Assembly (NCBI GenBank): GCA_951406725.2
Contig: OX597827.1
Span: 73,904,001-73,968,000 of the forward strand
Direction of reading: 5' to 3'
DNA: 64,000 nucleotides
From: Octopus vulgaris
Taxonomy: Eukaryota
A program made the translations under genes and the position numbers. The notes below the pieces were generated by a model. That model made no database searches and was not told the DNA's origin. It was given only the letters and a program-made list of their open reading frames with translations. The first letter of the stretch is position 1; every line of letters begins with the position of its first letter. Of the stretch, positions 28,415 through 40,537 are shown one piece after another.

Positions 28415-29000
28415 CATATATACGCATATGTATGTATGCATGTATGTATGCATGTACGTATGTATGATTAATTCATGTTTCAGGACGTAGGGAATTATTT
28501 GCTGAGGTATTTGACATTATTTGCGGTATTTTTTGATTTCCACGCGATCTTTACCAGTGATTTCTTTCGGGATACTGTTCAATGAAGCAGCTTTAAGGGA
28601 GGTAACTAACACGTGTCACAATGCTATTCTGTGATGTTAGCTTAAATTTCGTTGCGTGTGAATGACATGGGGAAGAAGATTTAGTTATTATGCGAAAATA
28701 GTCATGATGGTGTTGTAGAGAATAAATTCTGTCGTTAAAGGAATCGAGGCCTGTCGGTTCATGTTGTTTTCATTTTATCTATTTGTCTTCTGGTGTGTTG
28801 CAATTCTCATAGATTTTTACTTTGTGTAAGGAGAACGCAGACACTAGAATGTGATATGTACAAAATGTAAAGATTGAAGGAAGATATCAGGATTGCTGAT
28901 TGGAATGCAAGAAAGAGTCATGTGCACATCTTCTGGGCCACATAAGCTTCATCGTTGATGCATGCACTTTATATTAGGTTATCAACATTTACACTTACTA

Positions 29001-29398
29001 AGGCGGTGAGCTGGCAGAAACGTTAGCACGTCAGGTGAAATGTTTAGCGGTATTTCGTCTGCCGTTACGTTCTGAGTTCAAATTCCGCCGACGTCGACTT
29101 TGCCCTTCATCTTTTCGGGGTCGATAAATTAAGTACCAGTTACACGCTGTGGTCGATGTAATCGACTCAATAACTTGACTGTCCTTGTTTGTCTCCTCTA
29201 TGTTTAGCCCCTCCTGGGTAATAAATAAATAGGTATTTCGTCTGTCTTTACGTTCTGAGTTCAAATTCCGCCGAGGTCACCTTTGCCTTTCAACTTTTCA
29301 GAGTCGATAAATTTAGTACCAGTTGCGTACTGGAGTCGATCTAATCGACAGGCTCCCTCCCCCAAAATTTCGGGCATTCTCCCTAGAGTAGAAAAGAA
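29001..29398 (+). mobile_element. SINE family A, two units in tandem
   Basis: Full unit at about 29001-29230, then a 5'-truncated unit with a different 3' end. Confidence 0.8.
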
Positions 29399-29624
29399 TA
29401 TATAATAAATATCCTTTTTTCAGCACAAAAAAACCCACCTAAAAACAACTAACCGATAATTGTCCTTATTTACATATTCAACAGAACGGAAAACTCAGTA
29501 AAACGCAAATAATATATACTAAATTATTTAGTTTATCAGAGGGGAAAAAATATACATAATCTTTCTATTCAAGTAAAAATTTATATATTTATTAAATATA
29601 ATATCTATTTAAAAAACCAGAAAT

Positions 29625-30000
29625 ACGTACTTGGAAATAAATGTTTTGATCAAAGTATGGCATTATTACAATTATTCATTTATTATTGTTACTATTATTA
29701 TCATTAATTAATATATTCAGAAATTAAAATTTGTTTATAAATGTATAATCATTTGGTATAATTAAGATAGCATATCTAAAATTAATATCTAATATTTCTA
29801 CTGGCTGTTAAATAATATTTATATTCGTAGTTTATTATTAATTTTAAATACGCTATCTTAATTATATTAAATGATTATAAATTTATTAATAAATTTTAAT
29901 TTATGTAATTTATGAATTAATGATAATAATAGTAATAATAATAAATGAATTATTGTAATAATGCCATGTTTTGATCAACAACATTTATTTCCAAGTATGT
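29625..30000. repeat. AT-rich imperfect inverted repeat (foldback/MITE-like)
   Basis: tacttggaaataaatgtt..gatcaaa..tggcattattacaat pairs with attgtaataatgcca..tttgatc..aacatttatttccaagta. Confidence 0.75.
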
Positions 30001-30284
30001 ATTGGATCGCTTCCTTTTGAACGGCAGTTTTCAACACAATTTCTAGTTAACTAACCACTTTTAAACTTCGTATACTGGTAGAATGTGTTTATAAAACATC
30101 ATTATTTCTTGGCTTTATTGAGAAAATTCTATATGTTGTAACATATTTCGACCTTAATTTGCATAGATTGGTATGTATTGAAAGAGGCAGCTAGGTTTCA
30201 TTATCTAACATTCTGTATTGTACAACTTGCACAAGTTAATGTGTGAAAAAAAAAGAACTTTGAAAGAAATTTCTATAAAACTGG

Positions 30285-30410
<126 letters not shown>

Positions 30411-30421
30411 CATATATATAC

Positions 30422-30452
<31 letters not shown>

Positions 30453-30465
30453 TAAATATGAGTAG

Positions 30466-30651
30466 CCGTATTATTTCGTCCGCCGATACGTTCTGAGTTC
30501 AAATTCCGCCGAGGTCGACTTTGCCTTTCATCCTTTCGGGGCCGATAAATAAAGTACCAGTTACGCACTGGGGTCGATGTAATCGACTTAATCCCTTTGT
30601 CTGTCCTTGTTTGTCCCCTCTGTGTTTAGCCCCTTGTGGGCAGTAAAGAAA
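30466..30651 (+). mobile_element. SINE family A, 5'-truncated
   Basis: gttctgagttcaaattccgccgaggtcgactttgcctttcatcctttcgggg...agccccttgtgggcagtaaagaaa. Confidence 0.8.
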
Positions 30652-30659
30652 TATATATA

Positions 30660-31627
30660 CGAAAGTCTCGCAGAAGATACAGAACCCCAGCGATGTTGCA
30701 CACCTGCAGCAGCAGTTGCACTCAATCTACAGATGGGCTTAGGATAATAATATGCAGTTTAATGCTGAAAAATTCCAGGCCCTGCGCTACCAGCATCCAA
30801 AACTGAATATTAAACTTACAGAACACACCGGTCCACAGGGAATTTCAATCCCAGAGCCTAAGTCTGTGAGGGACCTGGGTATCGACATGAGTGATGATAC
30901 GTCTTTCCAAGTGCACATTACCAGGATGGCGACAAAGTGCAGACGACTGGCTGGGTGGATCCTAAGAACATTCAGAACCAGAGATAAGGAAACCATGATG
31001 GTCTTCTGGCGGACATTCGTCCTCAGCCCCTAGATTACTGCTCACAGCTATGGTCACCCACCAGTGTAAAATTAACAGCGGACCTTGAAGCAATCCAGAG
31101 AAGATTCACAAAGAAGATCGTCTCTTTGCAACAGCTCAGCTACTGGGAAATGTTGAAGCTGCTAAGACTCTACTCCCTGGAGAGAAGGCGGGAGAGGTAT
31201 GCAGTAATATATGTCTGGAAGATCCTGGAAGGAATTGTGCCAAATTTTGGCATTGTAAGCTACACCAATGCTAGAACGGGACGACACTGCATAGTGCCAA
31301 AGATCCCAGCAATGCCATCACGCTTCAGGACCAGCTTCTGCAACAGCCTGGGTTTCAAGGGCCCACAGCTTTTTAATATTCTCCCAAAGAGTCTGAGGGA
31401 CTTGCAAAAAGTAGATGAAGCGGTTTTTAAATCAAAGCTGGACATCTTCCTGTCGAAAGTCCCAGATGAACCTACCTCACGGCAAGAGGTGCAAATGAGA
31501 GTAGCTATATCAAACTCCATTCTTCACCAAGTGCCACATATTACACGAGGTTCTTCGCAATAACAGTGTAGCACAAAACGGCGGTGCATCAGCATGACCG
31601 CAGCTCTGAGCTGAAACTAGAGAAATA
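30660..31627 (+). mobile_element. CR1-like LINE 3' fragment with an intact 3' end
   Basis: MQFNAEKFQ, VRDLGI, YSLERRRERY, LFNILP, LDIFLSKVPDEP; the 3' end resembles the SINE B tail. Confidence 0.88.
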
Positions 31628-31629
31628 TT

Positions 31630-31686
<57 letters not shown>

Positions 31687-32429
31687 GCAAACATACAGTT
31701 AATTACACCGTGCAACACGACTTTTGTCCTATTGTTTATTCCTATTTGCTTACCTCGAGAAAGTATGGAAAATGGTTAACATTTCCTTCAAACACACACA
31801 TTCAAATACATACACGCAAACAGTCGCATACACACCCGCACACGCACATATAATCTTCGCCCCGCCCCACACATTAAAAGGCCTCCCAAATTTACACTAT
31901 AGCTCGCTTATATTAACATATCCTGTTTGCATCTCTCTCTATGGAGTTCATAATGAAAGTACCAATCCTATGCGATACGTCAGCCGAATTTTATGAACGT
32001 AGAGTCCGGATGTTGCGTTGACTGTTCCGGTTCTATCTTTTTTAGAGTTCAAATACTACTACGGCTTACTTCGTTGCTTAATTTAACACAAAACATGGCT
32101 TTAAAACTCCATACGGCAACTTGAATTTCATAAGCCATGTCCACTCTTAAAGGTGTTTTGTCCAGACAATCAGTTTGAAGATGCATTCCTTCTTCCGTAT
32201 CCCTTCAGCAACGAGATCCCGCTGAAGGCTTATGTGCACTGCTTTTCCGGTTGTTTAAAGGATAAAACAGTGAAAACTTGTGTCATTACTCCATGACAGG
32301 CAAATGTCCAGTGCTCACATCTTCCGCCAGGGACCTTCGGCATGTGTGCCCACATACTGCCCCTTAATCTATATCTAAATTGTTTTGTAATATTTTCTCT
32401 AATTGTATCAACGTAAATCTATAGAAATA

Positions 32430-33594
32430 TTAGGTTATCAAGAAAGTTCTTGCGGTTTTTAACTTTTAAATTCAGATGGACATATCTCGGCTGAAATAAA
32501 ACTTTATTAATTGAAATAGACACCAGAATCAACATACTTTTGCCAACGCCAAACAAGTTTCTTTATGCCAGTAGCGTAAAAATCCTGCGTTCTGTTGGCG
32601 ATGAAGTCGTTGAAGGCGTGTTTGGCATCGTCTTGGTTTTTGAAGCATTTCTCATGTAGGAGGCTGTCGAGATGCTTGAAAAAGTGGTAGTCGGTAGGCG
32701 AGAGGTCTGGTGAGTATGGCGGTTCAACTTCTGCAAAGTCACTTGTGCGACGTGCGGCCGAGCGTTGTCGTGGAGAAGAATTGGTCCTTTTCTATTGTTG
32801 TCGGAGTTTCTTATGCATTTCATCCGTTTACTGACAGTACTTCTCCGCTGTAATGATTTCGCATGGATCCAAAAAGCTGTGATGGATGAGACCGGCCGTA
32901 GACCACCAAACAGTCACCATGATCTTCTTTTGGTGCAATATCGGCTTCGAAAAGTGCCGTGGAGCTTCGTCGGCGTCCAACCACTTATCTGAGCGTCGCC
33001 GGTTGTCGTAAAGAATCCACTTTTCATCGCAATTTACAATCCGGTTGAGAAACGGTCGTTCCTGTTGCGCAAAAGAAGGGAAGACGATACTTCAAAACGG
33101 CGTCGTTTTTGGTTGTCCTTCAATTTGTGCGGCACCCATTTCTCAAGTATTTTTGTTTTTCCAGTCTCTTTCAAGTGATTGGAAATTGTCGTATACGTTA
33201 CGTTTAATCCAGAGGCAAGCTCTCTAACAGCCGTGCGTGGATTGGCTTCGACTAAAGCTCTAAGTTGATTGCTGCGAACATCTGATGGCCGACCACTACG
33301 CTTATCATAATCAAGATTCTCGTCACCGCTACGAAATTTCTTGAACCACCATTGTGCTGTACGTTCATTAGTGGTTCCTGGGCCAAACGCATCGTTGATC
33401 TCGCGAGCTGTTTCAGAACCTTTTCGGCCTAGCTTGAACTGAAATAAGAAAATTATGCGAATTTGCTTTTAGCCCATGCTGTATTCAACGTTCCGGAAAA
33501 AGGCCTAATTATTCAAAAAGAAAAAGAGTAACACGATTATACATCATTTAAAACCAAAATTAGAACTTCCATAAGAACTTTCTTGACAACCTAA
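32430..33594 (-). mobile_element. Mariner DNA transposon (defective) with TIRs and TA target duplication
   Basis: TIRs ttaggttatcaagaaagttctt / aagaactttcttgacaacctaa, flanked by TA at 32428 and 33595. Transposase remnants: WWFKKFRSGD, DEKWILYDN, LLHDNARPH, YSPDLSPTDYHFF. Confidence 0.92.
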
Positions 33595-33638
33595 TACCTT
33601 CTAAAACTTTGTGGCAAAAATTTATACCACTATAACCA

Positions 33639-33711
<73 letters not shown>

Positions 33712-33974
33712 GACGTAGCACAGTATACAATATCGTAAAGTTGTTGATTGAAGATATTGTGTCTGCCGTGGTTTTGTACTGTTTGTGAAGTCACAACAAG
33801 GACCTCAGACAGACAGCCCCTTAGGCAATATGCTCGCAGTTCCAATAATACCGACTTTTACAAGGCATCTAAATAGTAGGGTATCTCTAAAGTTTTCAGA
33901 TGACAATAGAGATAACCTTTATCGTAGATGCCACATCTTATCGATCTCAATCCTTAGGTCTCCATATTTATCAA

Positions 33975-36380
33975 TTTATTATTATTATTATTATTATTCA
34001 ATAGTTTTAGTTTTATTTTTATAGCGTGCTTTCACTTCACTACCGAGCGCAGCTCTGTGTGCCTTGGGTATGTGCTGTGATTTGTTGTGATGCTCTGATG
34101 GTTATTGTATTGAAAGTGTTCTGCGTAGGATGTGTGCAGTGCCTAGTAGTGCAATTTTCTGTGTGTTATATATGTTTGTAAGTCCTGGTGTTTTTGTTAT
34201 GTATTTGTCTGAATATTTTTTTATCATGCCTAATGCACCTACTATGATAGGAATTGTTTCTGTTTTCAGATTCCACATTCTAGTTACCTCTATTTCCAGG
34301 TCTTTGTATTTTGAGAGTTTCTCCATTTCTTTTAGAGACACGTTGTCATCTGCCGGTATTGATACATCAATTAGAAAGCATTTTTTTTCTTCATGATCTC
34401 TGACAACTATATCTGGTCTGTTGGCCTTAATTTCTCTATCTGTGTGTATCGGCATATCCCAGAGTATGGTTGCTTTCTCGTTTTCTGTGACCTTTTCTGG
34501 TGTGTGCTTCTACCATCTTTTTTCTGTTGTTATTCCATAATGTTGGCATAGCTTCCAATGTATGTAGGTTCCAACTCTGTCATGTCTGTGAATATATTCC
34601 TTCTTAGCCAGGACTGGGCAGCTAGAGATAATATGATTTATTGTTTCTTGTCCATCTCCACATATTCTGCAGTTACTTGTAATATTTCTTTTCATTACAT
34701 GTTTTTGGTAATTTCTGGTGGGGAGGCTTTGGTCTTGTGCTGCAATTAAAAATCCCTCTGTTTCTGCTTTGAGTCCTGAGCTTCTCAACCATCGCTGGGA
34801 TTTTTCTTTGTCTATTTCTTTTGCGTTTAGTTTAGTCCAGTATTTACCATGAAGGGGCTTTTCTTGCCATCGTTTTATCATGGTTCGTTGCTGTTCTATT
34901 TTTAGTTTGGATTTCATTTGTTTTATAGCTTTTGTTGTTTCTTCATCATCTTCTTCTTCTTCTTCGTGTTTATTAGGTGGTATGATTTCTTGTTTGTATT
35001 TGTCAGCTTCCTTAAATACTGAGAACAGTTTTTTGTTTTGCCCGTGTTTTGCCGCTATTTGTATCAGTTTTCCTTCCTTCTGAAGTAGATATTTTTGCAG
35101 TCCTATGGTGGTTATTTTATAGTAGTTTTCCAGCTGTATAAGGCCTCTACCACCTTCTATACGTTGTATATATATAGTATTTCTATGTCAGATTTTGGGT
35201 GATGCATCCTAGATCCTGTCATTATTTTTCTTGTTTTCCTATCTATTTTGGTCAGTTCATTTCGTGTCCAGTTAAGGATATTGTAGCTGTAACTTATAAC
35301 TGGGACAGCTAAAGTGTTAATACCTATTATCTTGTTTTTAGCATTGTGCTCTGTTTTTAGTATTGATCTAACTCGTCTATAATATTCTTTTTTTATTTTG
35401 TCTTTCATTTGTGTGTGTTGTGTCTTATCTAGTTCATGGATTCCTAAGTATTTGTAAGTTTGGCTTTGGACTAATTCTTTTATTTCATTGGTTTTATCTA
35501 GTGTGATGTTACTACTCTTAACTAGTTTTCCTCTTTTCATGGTTACTTTGGCGCATTTTTCTAATCCAAATTTCATGGGGATGTCTTTGGTTTTCATGAG
35601 TCCCTCTTTTGTTTGGAGGTGTAGGACTGTTTGCCATTTATTCATAGAGTGCTCTATGAATTTTATGATTGTTGGTGCTACTTTGTTAATGGCTAGTGTT
35701 TCGAGGATCCATGTGTGGGGGATGCTATCAAATGCCTTTTTGTAGTCAATCCAGGCCATACTGAGGCCTTTCTTCTTTCTGTGGCTGTCTTCAGTTATGG
35801 CTTTATTAATCATTAGTTGATCTTTACAGCCATATGAGCCCTTGCGGCATCCTTTCTGCTCTTCTGGGAACAGTTTGTTTTCGTCCAGGTGCTTGTTCAA
35901 CCTTTGCGATATCACTGCAGTAAATGCCTTGAACATTGTAGGGAGGCAGGTTATTGGTCTGTAGTTTTCTGGTTTTGCTGTCTCATTTGATTTGGGAATT
36001 AAGATGGTTTTCCCCTTCGTGAGCCATTCAGGCATTGTCTCTGGCTCTGCTAGTATGTTGTTAAAGTTTTCAGCCAGCTTTTTGTGCATTCCTGTTAGAT
36101 ATTTCAACCAGAAGTTGGGGATCTTGTCATGCCCAGGTGCCTTCCAGTTGCTTAGTCTTTGCAGTGCCTGGGTGACCTCTTCAGTTGTTATGGGGGTCCA
36201 AAGTTGTTCAGATGCCGAGTTTGTTTTTTGATACTCCTTTTTGTTTGGTTGTTCGTTCGGCGACCATATTTCTCTTAAGAATTCTTCCAATTCTTCTGCC
36301 GTTGGTGCTGCAGTGACTTCTATTTTATTTTTGCCAAGTTCTTGGTAGAACTTTTTGGGGTTGGAGTTGAACTTTTTCTT
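33975..36380 (-). mobile_element. R4/Dong-like LINE (RT + CCHC + restriction-like endonuclease) between (TAA)n tracts
   Basis: ORFs 35157-36290 (YRPITCL, WIDYKKAFDS), 34510-34917 (CRICG..ETINHIISSC, RHD), 34102-34455 (RPDIV..LIDVSIP); (TTA)n on both sides. Confidence 0.9.
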
Positions 36381-36383
36381 TTG

Positions 36384-36447
<64 letters not shown>

Positions 36448-36479
36448 TATTATTATTATCATCATTATTATTATTATTA

Positions 36480-37050
36480 TTAAGTAGTCATATTTTTATC
36501 ACGATCTTTCATTGCGCAACCGTTCGCAGTTCTGTCTGATTTGGGTATATGCTGAGGTTTGTCGCGAAGTTCTTATTGTCACTGTACTGAAAGTGTTTTA
36601 CCTAGGATGTGTACGGTGATTAGTAGTACTATTTTCTCTATGTTATATATATTTGTTAGTCCCAGTGTTTTTGCTATGTATTTCTCCGAATACTTTTTTT
36701 TTATCATGCCTAATGCGTCTATTACGAGAGGAATTGTTTGTGTTTTTAGACTCCATATTCGAGTTACCTTTATTTCTAGGTTTTGTTATTTCGAAAGTTT
36801 CTCCATTTCTTTTAGAGAAACGCTGTCATCCGTTGGTGACATTTATGTCTGACATTTATGGTATATATTTCATGATTATTGGTACTGACTTGTTTATGAC
36901 TAGTGTTTCTCGGATCCATGTGTGGGAAATGCTATGAAAAGCCTTTCGGTAATCAATCCAGGCCATACTTAGACCCTTCTTCTGTCTGCGGCTGTCTTCA
37001 GTTATGGCTTTATTGAACATTAGCTGATTTTTACAGCCGTATGAGCCCTA
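36480..37050 (-). mobile_element. Second, older and fragmented R4/Dong-like copy
   Basis: Homologous to 34090-34370 and 35690-35840, joined by a large deletion. Confidence 0.75.
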
Positions 37051-37198
37051 TTTATTCGTTATATTCAACGTTTGTATTTTAATAGAGAGAAATTTGTAGT
37101 TTTGGTGTGTTAGCTCGATTTTTAGCGATATTCTGGTACTCTACTTAATTTATTTGAACATTTTACCGATATAGGTATAAACTTGCTGGCCACTTCAT

Positions 37199-37256
<58 letters not shown>

Positions 37257-37723
37257 GTTATTATTATTATTATTATTATTAATGGTAATAATACCTTACT
37301 CAGTTTTATGTTGTACTGGTTCATTTTATGTTCGTTTTTGAATGCCGCGCGGGCATCCGGATGAAAGAACGCGCACGGTGTAGTGTAATGAATATTTTCA
37401 AAGACTATGCAGTAAGTCGGGCTGATGGGCCTTAAGTATATTGATACGAAAGTTGAAATCAATTAATACCGAAATATCTCTCTTCTTGCTTCTATAGTTC
37501 ATACAAGGTAAGCCTATTCCTGTTATATTCGTTACATTCGTCGTGTGTATATCTTAATAGTGGGAAGTTTGTGACTTTGGACAGTCAGCTCTATTTTTAG
37601 CAAGTCGTATGCTAATACCCTACTTAATTTATTTCTATAGTTTACCTATATAGGTGTAAATGGTCAGGCCACTTTATTATAAATTTATTAATATTATTAC
37701 TGGTAATAGTACCTTATTTAATT

Positions 37724-37755
<32 letters not shown>

Positions 37756-37839
37756 TGTTTTTGAAAATATTCATTACACTACACCGTGCGCGTTCTTTCA
37801 TTCGAATATGGTGTGATGTGATGTTGTGGGGAGGTGGGG

Positions 37840-38400
37840 GGCGAGAGTGGGGAAAGCCCATGTGGGGTGTGGGTTCGGCTGGGGGTTGGGGTAGAGTGGG
37901 GGTTGTTGGGAGAGTGAGAGGGGGTAGGAGGCGGGGAGAGAGGAGATGAGGTGGAGAGGAGGGGGGAGGGGAGGGGGAGAGATGAGGTGGAGAGAGGAGG
38001 AAGTGGGAGTGGAGAAGGAAGGAGAGGAGGAGAATGAGGTGGAGAGGAAGATGGGGAGGGGAAAGGAGGGGAGTGGTAGAGAGAGAGGAGGAGAAGAGAG
38101 GGCGATGAGGAGAAGGAGGAGAAGGAGAGGAGGAGAAGGAGGTGGAGAGGAGGATGGGGAGGGGAAAGGAGGGGAGTGGTAGAGAGAGAGGCGGAGAAGA
38201 GAGGGCGATGAGGAGGAGGAGGAGGAGGAGGAGGAGAGGAGGAGAGAAGGTGGGGGGAGAGAGAGAAGGGGAATGAGGGAGCAGAGAGAAAGAGAGAAGG
38301 GGAAGAGGGAAGAAGAAAGAAGAAAGAAGAGGGAAGAAGGGAAAGAAGGGAAGAGGAGGGAAAGAGAGTAGGGGTGAAAAGATGAAGGACTGAAGAGAAG
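37840..38400. repeat. Polypurine low-complexity tract 3' of the PLE ORF
   Basis: G/A-rich with internal ~75-bp repeats. Confidence 0.85.
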
Positions 38401-39822
38401 TAGGAGTCGGGGGGAGAGTTGAGCCCAAATGGCGTAAAAGAGCGAAGAGAGAAGATTAATCCCTGTTCACGGCGGGAATCCGGATGACCTCTGTGCAAGG
38501 ACAATCCGAACACAGAGAGGTGTTGCAAGGAGTGACCGGTGGAGCGGAAATGGCGTGAGACCGGTGTGTCATTGGCAAGGCGGATGTCTCGGAGGTGTTC
38601 CGCGAACCGGTCAGCGAAGCGGCGTCCCGTTTGTCCGATGTACAGGGAATGGCAGAGAGAGCAGGAGATGCAATAGATGATATTGCTGGAGGTGCACGTG
38701 AAGGAGTCGATGATGCGATAGGGTCGATGATGGGTGCCGGTGAGGAGGGTGGTGTTGGAGAGTTAAGGGCAATTGCGGCAACGTTGGCGGGAGCAGGGTA
38801 ACGAGCCAGGTTGGGAGGTAGGGTCAGGGAAGAAGCTGTGGACCAAGAGGTCTCGTAGGTTATGGGCTCGTTTAAAGGAGGGGAGGGGTCGTTTAGGGAA
38901 GAGGTGTGAAGCGGACGGGTCGGACTGGAGATGGCGGAAAGCTCGAAGAATGGTGCGTTGGAGAAGTAGGGTGGTGGGGTGGTAAGTGAGGGGAAAAGGG
39001 AGGCGGGAGACTGCAGGGCGGGTTCAGGGGGAAAGAGCAGATGCACGGTCTACGGAACGTGCTCTGGCAAGGGCGGTGTGGATAGTGGTGAGGGGGTATC
39101 CACGTAGATGGAGGAATTGGGAATAGGGGATGGAAAGCTTGGTGTGTTTGGGGTGGGAGGAAGAGAAGGTTAGGTATGAGTGTGAGTCTGTGTGTTTGTA
39201 GTGAATGGAGGTGGTAAGAGTGAAGTGATGAATGCTGACCGAAATGTCGAGGAAGGAGACAGAGACGTTGGAGATAGTGGAGGTGAAGTGGAGGGCAGGA
39301 TGGAAGGATTGAACGAAAGAGAGGAAGGAATCTAGATGTTCACGGGAGAATGAGGTGGCACCGATAATGTCGTCAATGTAACGACCGTATAGTTCGGGAG
39401 TGGGACCAGTGAAACTAGAGAATATTTGGGCCTCAACATAGCCAACGTATAGGTTCGCATAGTTGGGGCTCATTCGCGTTCCCATGGCCACTCCCGAGAA
39501 CTGTTTGTAGAACTCGCCCGCGAACGAGAAGCAGTTAAGAGAAAGGACAAGTTTGGTCAAACGAATGAGTGTGGAGGTGTCGGGTTCGGGGTTGGGGCGG
39601 AGGTCGAGAAAGTGTTGAAGTGCCCGCAGTCCTTCGTGGTGAGGGATGACGGTATAGACGCTCTGGATGTCCAGTTGTATTAGTATAACGCCCAGGAAGT
39701 GAAAACGTCTTTAACGTTTCGAGCTTACGCTCTTCCACAGAAAGGAGCACAGAAAGAAACAAGGAGACATAATAAAAAGAGAAAATAAAGAATGTGTAGT
39801 GGCTAAGTGATCTATCATGGCG
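38400..39822 (-). mobile_element. Penelope-like element (RT + Cys linker + GIY-YIG), degraded, with an upstream pLTR
   Basis: VAMGTRMSPNYANLYVG, RYIDD, FLDI, YKHTDSHSYL; linker CSRQRCRNC (Neptune-like); NIIYCISCSLCHSLYIGQTGRRFADRFAEH. Confidence 0.92.
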
Positions 39823-39926
39823 TATATATATATATATATATATATATACGCCATGACAGATCACTTAGCCACTACACATTCTTTATTTTCTCTTTTTATT
39901 ATGTCTCCTTGTTTCTTTCTGTGCTC

Positions 39927-39962
39927 CTTTCTGTGGAAGAGCGTAAGCTCGAAACGTTAAAG
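39927..39962 (+). ncRNA. Hammerhead-like motif in a PLE pLTR (CUGUGGA core); inverted twin at 39709-39744
   Basis: cttt-CTGTGGA-a-gagc-gtaa-gctc-GAA-acgt-T-aaag. Confidence 0.6.
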
Positions 39963-40053
39963 ACGTTTTCACTTCTCGAGCGTTATACTAATACAACTGT
40001 TTGTTGTCTACACCACCTGTCGTCGTCTTTTGTTTTTTGTTGTTGTGAATTCT

Positions 40054-40162
<109 letters not shown>

Positions 40163-40537
40163 AAATAAAATGCAAAATGGGACAATAACGCAAAACATCC
40201 GGACAACCAGGTGATACAAAAAGGGACGACAAAACATCCAGATAGACGATACAATAAAACACGGACGGGTCATTCGAAGCCTTTTATCTTCAGTCAAGAA
40301 CCGGATCATCCTCGCAATTTCGGCTGATTAATCTTAAGATTGCTCCAATCTGGTCAGCCCCAAGGAAAAACTAAGCTAAGAGCATTAGATTCCTTGGAAA
40401 AACGCAACGACTGAACTGCTAACAGAACAATGTTTTACAACATCCTAGTATGATTCCCTCTTGCCTACTTAATGGTTTAACATTCCTGCTTCCAAAAGAT
40501 GAAGAAACATAAGAGGACAAAGTTAGTAGTATATATT

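Noticed and set aside
37718-39046. Long Pro/Ser/Leu-rich ORFs (236, 249 and 196 aa)
   Set aside because: Low-complexity polypyrimidine tract and alternative frames of the PLE.
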